Assembly (NCBI GenBank): GCA_043760595.1
Contig: JAYUOX010000384.1
Coordinates: forward strand, 1-63,978
DNA: 63,978 nucleotides
Direction: 5' to 3'
Source of the DNA: Cytophagales bacterium
Lineage (GTDB): Bacteria; Bacteroidota; Bacteroidia; Cytophagales; Spirosomataceae
The notes under the pieces are model-generated. The model did not search any database and was not told the DNA's origin. It worked only from the letters and a program-made list of their open reading frames with translations. How positions within the stretch are numbered: the first letter of the stretch is position 1; each line of letters starts with the position of its first letter. Positions 29,570 to 39,691 of the stretch are shown piece by piece. Position numbers and translations under genes: made by a program.

Positions 29570-30586
29570 TCATAAACCTAACAGAAAACTCATCGTATCA
29601 ACCCCGTCAGCATAATCCCACAATTTTGGTTTCTGGCAATCCCCAAAATTGACACTTTCCTTGAACCACGATTTTTTTGCCACAATACATTGAATTTTAT
29701 CCTTATTTTCCGCAATCTTATTTTCTAATTCGTCCTGAGTTTTATATTCTTCATAAAAAATCACAGAAATTGGTGATACTAAATTTTCGCTTGGGGCTAA
29801 TATCATAAAACCATTATCGAAATGAGGCATCATATTTACCAAATAAATCGACTTGTTGTAATCGTAATTATTTTTGTATTTGTTATGATAAAAAATGTCT
29901 CCCAAAGGTTCGATTATGTCATAAAATTTAGTGAAATCATATTTTTCAGGAACAAATAACTTCGAAATATTGCGACAACCCAAACCGAAATATTCAGTAA
30001 TATCCTTTCCAAGATTCAAGAAATCATTTTCATCTTCCAAACCATTAAAAATGGCAACGGAAGAACGGTTTTTACGAATAATGTGGGGTTTGCTTTTGAA
30101 ATAATATTCAAAATATTTGGCTGAATTATCTGAACCTGTGGCAATTAAGGCATCAACCTCGTTTAATTTATCAGCGATTCGTATTTCTAAATTTGGTTCA
30201 ATTTCTAAGAGTTTTTCAATCAAGGCTTTCATTAAAACCGTATCTTGTGAACTCAACTTTGCCACGCACACATGACCCGAAAGCACAATGGTCAATAAAT
30301 CGTGAAACCCCACGGCTGGGATATTTCCAGCCATGATTACTCCAACACTTTTTATAATTTTGGGTCTATCTTTGATGTCATATAAAGCTACCCAATCATT
30401 TAATAAGTCCTCGTTCAGATAGTAATCGGTAATAGATTTTAGACTATTTTTTGTATTTTGAGGGGTAAACCAGTTGTTTTGATTTGCAGCTCTTTCTGCC
30501 CAAAGTTCAATTTCTTGATTATTTTTGGGGTCATTCAAAAAACGCCCCAACCCAGAAAAAGCCTTGATCCTTGCTTGTAATGTCAT
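29570..30586 (-). CDS. LuxC-like acyl-CoA reductase
   Basis: GVIMAGNIP, KLSSQD, IATGSDN, YFGLGCRNISK; divergent from a ferredoxin. Confidence 0.85.
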   Translation of the reverse strand: MTLQARIKAFSGLGRFLNDPKNNQEIELWAERAANQNNWFTPQNTKNSLKSITDYYLNEDLLNDWVALYDIKDRPKIIKSVGVIMAGNIPAVGFHDLLTIVLSGHVCVAKLSSQDTVLMKALIEKLLEIEPNLEIRIADKLNEVDALIATGSDNSAKYFEYYFKSKPHIIRKNRSSVAIFNGLEDENDFLNLGKDITEYFGLGCRNISKLFVPEKYDFTKFYDIIEPLGDIFYHNKYKNNYDYNKSIYLVNMMPHFDNGFMILAPSENLVSPISVIFYEEYKTQDELENKIAENKDKIQCIVAKKSWFKESVNFGDCQKPKLWDYADGVDTMSFLLGL

Positions 30587-30760
30587 ATTTTAATTTTTTT
30601 CTGCAATTTACTCAAAACTATTCAAATAAATATTTTACAATACTCTTCAAAGTTTATAGGCTATTCAAAAATTACCTATTAAATTTGTAACAATAATTAT
30701 TTATGTGAGTTATAATTTTTATTTAAATACAAAAACTCATAAACATTAAAGCATAATTTT

Positions 30761-31108
30761 ATGGCAATTATCATCACAGAGGAATGTATAAACTGCGGGG
30801 CTTGTGAACCAGAATGCCCAAACACAGCAATCTATGAAGGTGGCGTAGAATGGACTTGGAGTGGCGGAACTAAATTAGTCGATGTAGAATTAGAAGATGG
30901 TTCGTCCATAGGAGGCAAAGACCCAATGACTCCTGTTTCGGACGAATTTTATTATATTGTTCCAGATAAATGTACTGAATGTATGGGTTTTCACGAAGAA
31001 CCACAATGTGCGGCAGTTTGCCCTGTTGATTGCTGTGTGCCAGACCCTGACCATGAGGAAGACGAAGAAACTTTATTAGCGAAAAAGTCTTGGCTACACG
31101 CTGAATAA
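30761..31108 (+). CDS. 2x[4Fe-4S] ferredoxin (YfhL-like)
   Basis: [12 protein letters not shown] and CTECMG...[10 protein letters not shown]; TAAATTTG at 30680-30687. Confidence 0.95.
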   Translation: MAIIITEECINCGACEPECPNTAIYEGGVEWTWSGGTKLVDVELEDGSSIGGKDPMTPVSDEFYYIVPDKCTECMGFHEEPQCAAVCPVDCCVPDPDHEEDEETLLAKKSWLHAE

Positions 31109-31114
31109 CGATAC

Positions 31115-31149
31115 AAAACCTGATTTAGCAATGAATCAGGTTTTTTTTA
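31115..31149 (+). terminator. Intrinsic terminator
   Basis: aaaacctgatt-tagcaatg-aatcaggtttttttt. Confidence 0.75.
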
Positions 31150-31211
31150 TGCAAAAGACCTAATTTAGAGGAATTATGTAGATATTTGAAAAAAGTAATT
31201 GAAAATATTAA

Positions 31212-32108
31212 ATGCAAAACGAAACAATCCAAACCGAAACTCCAAAAAACTGGAAGGAATACCAATTAATCGACTCTGGGGGATTTGAGAAATTAGAAAA
31301 ATTTGGAAAATACTTCCTCCGCCGACCCGAACCACAAGCGGCTTGGGATAAATCTATGCCCGAATCTGAGTGGGAACGTACTGCCAATGCCGTTTTTAAA
31401 AAAGAAAAGGGTTCGCAAGACAAAGGCGAATGGGTGATGAAAAAGGGAATGGAAGACCGCTGGTTTATGAACTACAAAACGGCAGAATTAGACCTAAATT
31501 TCAAATTAGCCCTCTCCTCTTTCAAACACGTAGGCATTTTTCCAGAACAAGCCTCTAATTGGGATTTTATTCAAGAAAAAGTCAAGAAACTACCTTTTTC
31601 TAAGCCAAAAATCTTAAACCTTTTCGCTTACACGGGTGGGGCTTCACTCGCAGCCAAACAAGCTGGGGCAGATATTACGCACGTGGATTCAATTAAACAG
31701 GTTATTTCATGGTCTCGTGAAAATATGGAAGCGAGTGCCTTGGATAATATTCGTTGGGTGGTGGAAGACGCTTTGAAATTCGTGAAACGAGAAGCTAAAA
31801 GAGGGAATATTTACCAAGGAATCATCCTCGACCCTCCCGCCTACGGACGTGGACCCGATGGCGAAAGATGGATTTTGGAAGAACAAATTAATGAATTATT
31901 GAAAACAGTTTCGGAGATTTTGGATAAAGAAAATTATTTTCTGATTCTCAATATGTACTCAATGGGTTTTTCGAGCTTGATTGTGGAGAATTTGGTAAAA
32001 TGTTCTTTCTCACAAGATAAAAATCACGAGTTTGGGGAATTGTATTTGAAAGACAGTTTTAGTAAGAAATTGCCTTTGGGCGTTTTTTATCGCTTTGCGA
32101 GTGTTTAG
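31212..32108 (+). CDS. SAM-dependent methyltransferase (RlmI/RlmK-like family)
   Basis: HVGIFPEQ, LNLFAYTGGAS, HVDS, ILDPPAYG. Confidence 0.88.
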   Translation: MQNETIQTETPKNWKEYQLIDSGGFEKLEKFGKYFLRRPEPQAAWDKSMPESEWERTANAVFKKEKGSQDKGEWVMKKGMEDRWFMNYKTAELDLNFKLALSSFKHVGIFPEQASNWDFIQEKVKKLPFSKPKILNLFAYTGGASLAAKQAGADITHVDSIKQVISWSRENMEASALDNIRWVVEDALKFVKREAKRGNIYQGIILDPPAYGRGPDGERWILEEQINELLKTVSEILDKENYFLILNMYSMGFSSLIVENLVKCSFSQDKNHEFGELYLKDSFSKKLPLGVFYRFASV

Positions 32109-32133
32109 GAAGGACTAATGTTATTTATCAGAT

Positions 32134-32226
32134 TTGTCATCCCGACGAAGGAGGGAACTGTTTAATTATCTCAAAAATACTATTGAAGAATTCATAAATC
32201 AGTTCCCTCCTTTGTCGGGATGACAA
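32134..32226. repeat. Palindromic element family G (intergenic copy)
   Basis: ttgtcatcccgacgaaggagggaactg ... cagttccctcctttgtcgggatgacaa. Confidence 0.9.
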
Positions 32227-32252
32227 GTAATTGATATGAATTGTCTTAGCAT

Positions 32253-32286
32253 AAAAAAAGGCACAAACCGCTAAGTCTGTGCCTTT
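32253..32286 (-). terminator. Intrinsic terminator after the small ORF
   Basis: Minus strand aaaggcacagac-ttagcg-gtttgtgccttttttt. Confidence 0.7.
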
Positions 32287-32307
32287 GATTGTGAAGAATT
32301 TTGAAAT

Positions 32308-32376
32308 CTAATTTGCAAAAACTTCAAGAGCCTTTAATACGACAAGGAAAAATACAAAATAGTAAACTTTCTTCAT
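32308..32376 (-). CDS. Putative 22-aa hydrophobic small protein MKKVYYFVFFLVVLKALEVFAN
   Basis: ATG 32376 to TAG 32308, framed by a TAGCTTTG promoter element and an intrinsic terminator. Confidence 0.5.
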   Translation of the reverse strand: MKKVYYFVFFLVVLKALEVFAN

Positions 32377-32414
32377 TGGTGGTTATTGTTTATTTTAGGG
32401 TTAATAATCTGATA

Positions 32415-32422
32415 CAAAGCTA
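32415..32422 (-). promoter_or_regulatory. -7 promoter element for the small ORF
   Basis: TAGCTTTG on the minus strand, 38 nt before the ATG. Confidence 0.55.
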
Positions 32423-32654
32423 CTTATATTTTTCATATTCCCATAAAAAAGATTTCAGAATATTGCATATTTTCAAATTTCTTAGCAAAAATCAAGAAAA
32501 AGTCATCTTTTAAACTCAGAATATTGCTTTTTTACGTAGGAAATCACTTGATTGAAAATTGTTGATTTATGAATACTGAAATCGTTGAGCCTAAAATTTC
32601 AATAATTTCTACAAAATAAACACCTAAATTGAGTGAACTTCGTAATTTTGAGTA

Positions 32655-33830
32655 ATGAAAACCCATTTCAAATCACTTTTTTTCATACTTCTGTGTAATT
32701 ACCTTTTCAGTTCGTGTATTACTGAGTCTAAAAAGGGTATGTCAATACCTCCCGTTCCCGAAGTTTCGGAGAAGGCTCGACGTGATGCTGCGATTGCTTT
32801 TTTGACGGAAGCAATAGACGGGTCGCCCAGCAATTCGGATAATCATTATAAACGTTCTTTATTGTTTTTAGAAAATGAAAATTTCAAACAAGCCTTAGAG
32901 GATATTGAAAATGCTATCAATATCAGACCCAACGTTGGTAACTATTTTCAAGCAAAAGCACAAATTTTAAAAGTATCGGGACAAACCCAATTAGCCTTAG
33001 AATCTGCCTCAAAAGCGGAGGTTTTAAACACAGAATCGCCCGAACTTTATACACTTTTAGGAGATTTATACCAACAATTAAATCAATTTCCCAAAGCCCA
33101 AGCGTACCTCAGAAAAGCCCTTCAGTTATCACCAAATAACGGTGAAACGTACTTTTATCAAGGAGAAATTGCTGCCAAATTGGCTGATACTTCGATGGCG
33201 TTGGGACTATACCAACAAACTTTGGGACTGAAACCCAGCTTTTTGCCAGCCTACTTAAAGTTAATTCAAGTTCATACCAATTTAAGAGAATATGATTTGG
33301 CACTTTTGTATTGCGGAGAAGCTCTAAAATATCACCCCAAAAGTGCTAATTTATTTCTTCAAAAAGGAAATACTTATCAACGTGCCTGGAAGTTGGACAG
33401 TGCGGTTTTATTTTACAAAAAAGCCATTGATTTAGATACTAATTTGATTCAAGCCAGTTTTAATTCTGGACAAATATATTTCAAAACCCGTGCTTATCGA
33501 TTGGCAATGCCCTTTTTTGCAAGAACCATTAAACATGACCCCAAATATCCAGATGCAAAATTTTACATGGCACAATGTTTGGAATATACAGGTGAATACC
33601 TAAAAGCCGAGGATATTTATAATCAAATGATTGCGGAGAATCCACAAGATTATAAGGCTCTGGGAGGAATCGCAAGAGCTCAACGTAAACAAATTTATGG
33701 TGAATATATCCCAAATTTAGATTTGAAATATGATACCACAGCATTCCCGAAATTTGAAATGCCTAAACGTTCTGCTTCTGTGGACACTACAACCTTAAAA
33801 CCATTACAACCAAAAGGAATAAAAAATTAG
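32655..33830 (+). CDS. TPR-repeat lipoprotein
   Basis: Lipobox FSSC; repeated A..Y..KAL.L.P helices. Confidence 0.85.
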   Translation: MKTHFKSLFFILLCNYLFSSCITESKKGMSIPPVPEVSEKARRDAAIAFLTEAIDGSPSNSDNHYKRSLLFLENENFKQALEDIENAINIRPNVGNYFQAKAQILKVSGQTQLALESASKAEVLNTESPELYTLLGDLYQQLNQFPKAQAYLRKALQLSPNNGETYFYQGEIAAKLADTSMALGLYQQTLGLKPSFLPAYLKLIQVHTNLREYDLALLYCGEALKYHPKSANLFLQKGNTYQRAWKLDSAVLFYKKAIDLDTNLIQASFNSGQIYFKTRAYRLAMPFFARTIKHDPKYPDAKFYMAQCLEYTGEYLKAEDIYNQMIAENPQDYKALGGIARAQRKQIYGEYIPNLDLKYDTTAFPKFEMPKRSASVDTTTLKPLQPKGIKN

Positions 33831-33911
33831 TACAAACATAGGAGATTTGACAATGAATATTATTTGTAAAATATTGATTATCAATAATATAACTCTATAA
33901 ACACAAACAAA

Positions 33912-35852
33912 ATGATTAAGATTAAATTACCAGACGGCAGTGTCAGAGAGTATGCTCAGGGAACAACTGGGATGGACATTGCCCTTAGTATTTCGGAAGG
34001 TTTAGCCCGTAATGTACTGGCTGCCAAAGTAAATGGAAAAGTAGTAGATGCCTCTTTACCCATCAATGAAGATTCTGATTTTCAATTACTTACGTGGAAT
34101 GATGCCGATGGAAAAGCTACTTTTTGGCATTCATCCGCTCACTTAATGGCGGAGGCAATTGAGGCTCTTTACCCTGGCACAAAGTTCGGAATTGGACCAG
34201 CCATTGAAACTGGTTTTTATTACGATATTGACATGGGCGACAAATCGCTCAGTTCGGAAGATTTCAAAAAAATTGAGGATAAAGTATTGGAGTTAGCTCG
34301 TCAGAAAAATGAGTTTACTCGTTCTTCTGTTGGTAAAACTGATGCGATAAAATATTTTACAGAAAAAGACGATGAATATAAATTGGAATTGCTCGAAGGT
34401 TTAGAGGACGGTTCTATTTCGTTCTATCAACAAGGTAATTTTACAGATTTATGCCGTGGACCACATATCCCAAATACTGGATTTGTGAAAGCGGTCAAAT
34501 TGATGAGCGTTGCGGGTGCGTATTGGCGTGGAGACATTACCCGTAAGCAAATGACTCGTGTATATGCGGTTACGTTTCCTAAACAAAAGGAATTAGAAGA
34601 ATATTTAACTCTTTTGGAAGAAGCAAAACGGAGAGACCACCGTAAATTAGGCAAGGAATTAGAATTATTTGCTTTCTCCGAAAAAGTGGGAATGGGACTT
34701 CCTTTGTGGTTGCCAAAGGGAACAATGTTACGTGAAAGATTAGAAAACTTCCTCCGCAGAGCCCAAGTTCGTGCAGGATATTCGCCCGTGATTACCCCAC
34801 ATATTGGTTCAAAAGAATTGTATGTAACTTCTGGACATTACGCAAAATATGGGGCAGACTCGTTTCAGCCTATAAAAACACCTGATGAAGGCGAAGAATT
34901 TTTCTTGAAACCGATGAACTGTCCGCACCATTGCGAGATTTATAAAACCAAACCACGTTCTTATCGTGATTTGCCGTTGCGTTTGGCGGAATTTGGAACG
35001 GTTTATCGATACGAACAATCGGGTGAGTTACATGGTTTAACTCGTGTACGTGGTTTCACGCAAGATGATGCACATATTTTCTGTCGCCCCGACCAAGTAG
35101 AGGATGAGTTCATGAAGGTAATTGACTTAGTTATCTACGTTTTCAAAGCTCTTGGATTTGATAATTATTCGGCACAAATTTCATTACGTGACCCTGAAAA
35201 TAAGCAAAAGTACATCGGTAAAGATGAAGATTGGGATAAAGCCGAGGCTGCCATCATCAAATCTGCCGAAGCGAAAGGATTACCAACTGTTGTAGAATTG
35301 GGCGAAGCCGCTTTCTATGGTCCTAAATTGGATTTCATGGTAAAAGATGCCTTGGGGCGTAAATGGCAGTTGGGAACTATTCAAGTGGATTATCAATTAC
35401 CTCAACGTTTTGAATTAGAATACACAGGTTCTGATAATCAAAAGCACTGCCCCGTGATGATTCATAGAGCCCCATTTGGTTCATTGGAGCGTTTTATTGC
35501 GATTTTGATTGAAAATACAGCGGGTAATTTCCCTCTTTGGCTTTCACCTGAACAATTGGCAGTTTTACCAATTTCTGAGAAATATGAAGACTATGCCAAT
35601 GAAGTATTTTTGAGATTACAGGAACAAGATTTGCGTGGATATATTGACCACAGAGACGAAAAAATTGGTCGAAAAATTCGTGATGCGGAAGTTAATAAAT
35701 TGCCTTTTATGCTTATTGTAGGCGAAAAAGAATCCGAAGAAGGCAAAGTTTCTGTCCGTAAAAAAGGCGAAGGCGATTTGGGAATGATGACTATTGACGA
35801 GTTTGTCAAATTAGCACAGGAAGAAATTAATAAGAATATTGTGAAATACTAA
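33912..35852 (+). CDS. thrS: Threonine--tRNA ligase
   Basis: TGS domain, [34 protein letters not shown]-like, HRAPFGS. Confidence 0.98.
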   Translation: MIKIKLPDGSVREYAQGTTGMDIALSISEGLARNVLAAKVNGKVVDASLPINEDSDFQLLTWNDADGKATFWHSSAHLMAEAIEALYPGTKFGIGPAIETGFYYDIDMGDKSLSSEDFKKIEDKVLELARQKNEFTRSSVGKTDAIKYFTEKDDEYKLELLEGLEDGSISFYQQGNFTDLCRGPHIPNTGFVKAVKLMSVAGAYWRGDITRKQMTRVYAVTFPKQKELEEYLTLLEEAKRRDHRKLGKELELFAFSEKVGMGLPLWLPKGTMLRERLENFLRRAQVRAGYSPVITPHIGSKELYVTSGHYAKYGADSFQPIKTPDEGEEFFLKPMNCPHHCEIYKTKPRSYRDLPLRLAEFGTVYRYEQSGELHGLTRVRGFTQDDAHIFCRPDQVEDEFMKVIDLVIYVFKALGFDNYSAQISLRDPENKQKYIGKDEDWDKAEAAIIKSAEAKGLPTVVELGEAAFYGPKLDFMVKDALGRKWQLGTIQVDYQLPQRFELEYTGSDNQKHCPVMIHRAPFGSLERFIAILIENTAGNFPLWLSPEQLAVLPISEKYEDYANEVFLRLQEQDLRGYIDHRDEKIGRKIRDAEVNKLPFMLIVGEKESEEGKVSVRKKGEGDLGMMTIDEFVKLAQEEINKNIVKY

Positions 35853-35937
35853 TTGTTGAAGTTTGATTTGTTGAATTGTTGATTTCTTTTCAACAATTCA
35901 ACAAGCGGAACGCCGCCCGATCAAACTTCAACAATTA
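35850..35937. repeat. Octamer-tandem inverted repeat (family D) with a 15-nt GC-rich insert in one arm
   Basis: Left taattgttgaagtttgatttgttgaattgttga; right arm is the exact complement plus gcggaacgccgcccg at 35905-35919. Confidence 0.8.
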
Positions 35938-36089
35938 TTTTCTTGCATAATTTATTTTTTTGATTTACATTTCGGGAGAATTACAAAAAAGAGAGAAATT
36001 GTTATTTTTTCGTTAATTTGCAGAGTAAACCTACCTGCACTTAGGTCAAGTGTAGTTTTAAACAATTTAAAACCAATCATTTAACAAAT

Positions 36090-36650
36090 ATGGCGTTACG
36101 CCCCAACAACAATTTTAGAAATAATCGTAGAGAAGAAGAACCTTACAGAATCAATAATCTCATTAAAGGCGTTACAGAAGTGCGTCTGGTTGGAGAAAAT
36201 GTTGAAGTAGGTATAATGGATTTCAAAAAAGCCTTAGACATTGCCGTCGAACAAGGTCTTGACTTAGTAGAAATCTCTCCCAAAGCCGTTCCGCCCGTAT
36301 GCCGTGTGACGGACTATGCAAAGTTCAAATACGAACAAAAGAAAAAGCAAAAAGAAATTAAAGCAAATGCTGCCAAAACAGTGCTGAAAGAAATACGTTT
36401 TGGTCCAAATACGGATGACCACGATTTTAATTTCAAATTAAAACACGCTGTCAATTTCTTGAAAGAGGGTGCAAAAGTGAAAGCTTACGTTCATTTTGTG
36501 GGTCGTTCTATTGTATTTAAAGAACGTGGTGAAATCCTTTTATTAAACTTCGCAAAAGGTTTAGACGAATGGGGTAAAGCTGACGAACTGCCAAGGTTAG
36601 AGGGAAAACGTATGTCAATCATGTTTTCGCCAAGAGAGAAAAAGAAATAA
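36090..36650 (+). CDS. infC: Translation initiation factor IF-3
   Basis: [14 protein letters not shown]...PPVCR, KEIRFGP, EGKRM. Confidence 0.97.
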   Translation: MALRPNNNFRNNRREEEPYRINNLIKGVTEVRLVGENVEVGIMDFKKALDIAVEQGLDLVEISPKAVPPVCRVTDYAKFKYEQKKKQKEIKANAAKTVLKEIRFGPNTDDHDFNFKLKHAVNFLKEGAKVKAYVHFVGRSIVFKERGEILLLNFAKGLDEWGKADELPRLEGKRMSIMFSPREKKK

Positions 36651-36667
36651 AATTATTTCAAATATTT

Positions 36668-36708
36668 AAAAATCCCTTTCATTCCTCAAAAAATGGAAGG
36701 GATTTTTT
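36668..36708 (+). terminator. Terminator directly after infC
   Basis: aaaatccctttcatt ... aatggaagggatttttt. Confidence 0.65.
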
Positions 36709-36737
36709 ATGATTCTAAAACCCAAAAGGATGTAACC

Positions 36738-39644
36738 ATGAAAAAAATCTTAGCGATAATATTACTACAAACTATTGCTTTGGGCATAAATGCACAGCAA
36801 AATCCAGCATCGTTACAGTGGTCTTACATCAAAACACCTCATTTTAAACTAATATTTCCTTCGCAAATAAAAGGCGTTGCCAATCGTACTGCAAATGTCT
36901 TAGAGTCTGTATATCAGCCAATTAGCCAATCGCTTGGGCATGAACCACGACCAATTTCTATCATTTTACAGAATCAAACTGCCGAATCAAATGGCTTTGT
37001 GAGCCTCTTGCCTCGCCGTTCGGAATTTAATACCAATACTCCACAGGATTATTCATTACTTGGCAATAGTAACTGGTTAGATTTATTATCAGTGCATGAG
37101 TTTCGGCATATCGTTCAGAACGATAAAGCACTCACAGGTGCCACAAAATTGGTTTATAATTTATTCGGAAATAATGGTTTGGCTGCCACGAGTTTTTTGA
37201 CCGTACCAAACTGGTTTTGGGAGGGAGATGCGGTGGGAGTTGAAACATCTTTTACTACTTCTGGGCGAGGAAGAATCCCGATTTTTGATATGGCTCTGAG
37301 AACTCAATTATTGACCAAAGGGGCTTATAATTACTCAAAGGCGGTCTGTAGGTCATACAAAGATTTTGTTCCAAATCATTACGTAAGTGGATATGTGATG
37401 ACATCATACATGAAAAATAAATTTGGAGACGATGCTTGGGATAAAATTTTGGAAGGCACATATAGAATGCCGTTTTACCCTTTTTCTTTTTCTAATAATA
37501 TCAAAAAAAATACTGGATTAAAAACAGAACAGCTTTATAGTCAAGCATTTACAAACATTTCTGAACAATGGAAACAACAAATTTCTGAACTAAAAGAAAC
37601 ACCCGTAAAGTATTTTCAATCAAAAAATAACAAGTTTTATACTAACTACGAATACCCGCAATTATTATCAGATGGGCGAATCATTGCCATAAAATCGGGG
37701 CTATCGGATATTGAACAATTAGTAGTTTTGGACACTTTACAAAACGAAGAGAAGGTTTTAACATTAGGTATTTTCAATGATGCAGGGACATTATCAGCAG
37801 GTGGTTCAAAAGTAGTTTGGTCAGAGTTCAGTTATGACCCACGTTGGGAAAATCGAGATTATTCAGTCGTAAAAATGTACGATTTTAATACTGATAAACT
37901 CAAAACGATTACTCACAAAACAAAACTATCCGCTCCTTCTATTTCCGAAGATGGAGAGAAAATTATTGCCGTTGAGTTTGGAACTGACAGTAAATGTGCA
38001 TTGGTGATGTTGGATGCCATTTCTGGTAATGAAATCAGACGTTTTGCAAATCCTGAAAATGCGTTTTATATTCAACCCCGATGGGCAGGGAATGGTGAAT
38101 TTTATGTGGTAAAACTCTTGAATGGACTCAAGACGATAGCCAAAGTTGATGTAGAAACGGGTTTTGAAATGAATTTATTTGAACCCCAAAATGAAAACAT
38201 AGCCTATCCCATAAAAAAGAAAAATTACGTCTTATTTAATTCTGGAATCACAGGCATTGATAATATTTATGCAATTAATTTAATAACAAAAAAACGTTTT
38301 CAAGTAACAAATAGGAAGTTCGGAGCGTTTAATCCATTACTTTCAAATGATGGTAAATCTTTGATTTTCAACGACTTCTCCATCAAAGGACATCAAATAG
38401 TTTCTATGCCTTTTGATTCTACGCAATTTATTCCTTTTGATGAAAAACTTGTAAAGCCCGTAAAATATTTTGGTCAAAATTCCTTAAAACAAGCGGAGGA
38501 AAATCTATTGAAAAATATTCCAACCAATGATTTTGAAGTAAAAAAATACAGCAAAGCTAATATTTTCAATCTATACACTTGGGGCGTTGTCTTAACCTCC
38601 TCGGATGTTAATAATCTTAACTTTGGCGTAGCTTCAAAAGATTTGTTAAGTACAACCAATATTTCGGTGGGCTATAATTATAATCAAAGCGAAAATAGTG
38701 GGCAATTTTATACCAATATGACCTACTCGGGTTGGTATCCCACACTAAGTTTAGGATACACAAACGGACAGCGACAGGCGGAGTTTTACATTGATAAGAC
38801 AAACCCTCTGGACAGTTTGGTGAGCGATAAATGGAATCAACAACAGCTTAATTTTGGAATAGGATTACCTCTAAATTTAACCCGTTCAAAGTATATTCAA
38901 TCCATGAATTTTGGGGTAAATACTGCTCTTACGATAATTTCGGGCTACGATTTGAAAGACCGTCCAAAGTCATTGAGTTATGATGGTAGTGTCAATTCCA
39001 TGATTTATACATTTTCTTATTCAAGACAATTAAAACGTGCGGCGAGAGATATTGCAGCACCTTGGGGGCAATCATTGTCGTTTTACTTAAGAAATTTACC
39101 TTTTGCTGGAAATTTAGATGGTGGAATTTCAGCGATTCAAGGAAGTTTGAACTTTCCTGGTATTTTAAGACACCATAGCTTACGACTTCGTGGAGGTATT
39201 CAAAATCAATTGGGTTATAAAAATGCCAATGGCTCTCCCAACGACAATCAATATATATTTAGTAGTCCGTTATTTTTCCCGAGGGGGCATATTTATCGTG
39301 GTTTCGAAAACCTAAGCACAGCATCCATTGAATACCGTTTTCCTCTTTTTGACCCTGATTTAACACTTGGGAGATTTCTTTATCTCAAAAGGTTTAAAGC
39401 AAATTTATTCGCAGATTTTGGGTATGGTTCAACGAATTATGATTTTAATGAAGTTAGAAATGGAAAACTCGTAAATCTTAAAGGTTCAAATACTGGCAAT
39501 TTCACGTCTTTGGGTTTAGATTTGACTACTCAGTTTCATTTCATGCGTTTTTCTCAACAATTAGAGGCGGGAGTTCGTGCTTATTATTTACCAGAAAAAG
39601 GTCAATTTATGATTCAGCCCTTGATTTTAGAAATTGGGTTTTGA
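36738..39644 (+). CDS. Outer-membrane protein with an HExxH metallopeptidase-like domain, a TolB-like propeller and a C-terminal beta-barrel
   Basis: Signal peptide from ATG 36738; SVHEFRH...WFWEGDAV; propeller-like APSISEDG/NPLLSNDG repeats; terminal EIGF. Confidence 0.7.
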   Translation: MKKILAIILLQTIALGINAQQNPASLQWSYIKTPHFKLIFPSQIKGVANRTANVLESVYQPISQSLGHEPRPISIILQNQTAESNGFVSLLPRRSEFNTNTPQDYSLLGNSNWLDLLSVHEFRHIVQNDKALTGATKLVYNLFGNNGLAATSFLTVPNWFWEGDAVGVETSFTTSGRGRIPIFDMALRTQLLTKGAYNYSKAVCRSYKDFVPNHYVSGYVMTSYMKNKFGDDAWDKILEGTYRMPFYPFSFSNNIKKNTGLKTEQLYSQAFTNISEQWKQQISELKETPVKYFQSKNNKFYTNYEYPQLLSDGRIIAIKSGLSDIEQLVVLDTLQNEEKVLTLGIFNDAGTLSAGGSKVVWSEFSYDPRWENRDYSVVKMYDFNTDKLKTITHKTKLSAPSISEDGEKIIAVEFGTDSKCALVMLDAISGNEIRRFANPENAFYIQPRWAGNGEFYVVKLLNGLKTIAKVDVETGFEMNLFEPQNENIAYPIKKKNYVLFNSGITGIDNIYAINLITKKRFQVTNRKFGAFNPLLSNDGKSLIFNDFSIKGHQIVSMPFDSTQFIPFDEKLVKPVKYFGQNSLKQAEENLLKNIPTNDFEVKKYSKANIFNLYTWGVVLTSSDVNNLNFGVASKDLLSTTNISVGYNYNQSENSGQFYTNMTYSGWYPTLSLGYTNGQRQAEFYIDKTNPLDSLVSDKWNQQQLNFGIGLPLNLTRSKYIQSMNFGVNTALTIISGYDLKDRPKSLSYDGSVNSMIYTFSYSRQLKRAARDIAAPWGQSLSFYLRNLPFAGNLDGGISAIQGSLNFPGILRHHSLRLRGGIQNQLGYKNANGSPNDNQYIFSSPLFFPRGHIYRGFENLSTASIEYRFPLFDPDLTLGRFLYLKRFKANLFADFGYGSTNYDFNEVRNGKLVNLKGSNTGNFTSLGLDLTTQFHFMRFSQQLEAGVRAYYLPEKGQFMIQPLILEIGF

Positions 39645-39691
39645 GTTAGTCAAAATGTTTATCCGTCAATTATAAATTTTGTTAGTCTAAA

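Noticed and set aside
29570-30586. LuxC-like gene as bioluminescence
   Set aside because: No luxA, luxB, luxD or luxE nearby; the reductase-ferredoxin pair is a common Bacteroidota arrangement
32301-32513. 70-aa plus-strand ORF
   Set aside because: TTG start with no supporting signals; the promoter and terminator support the opposite-strand 22-aa ORF
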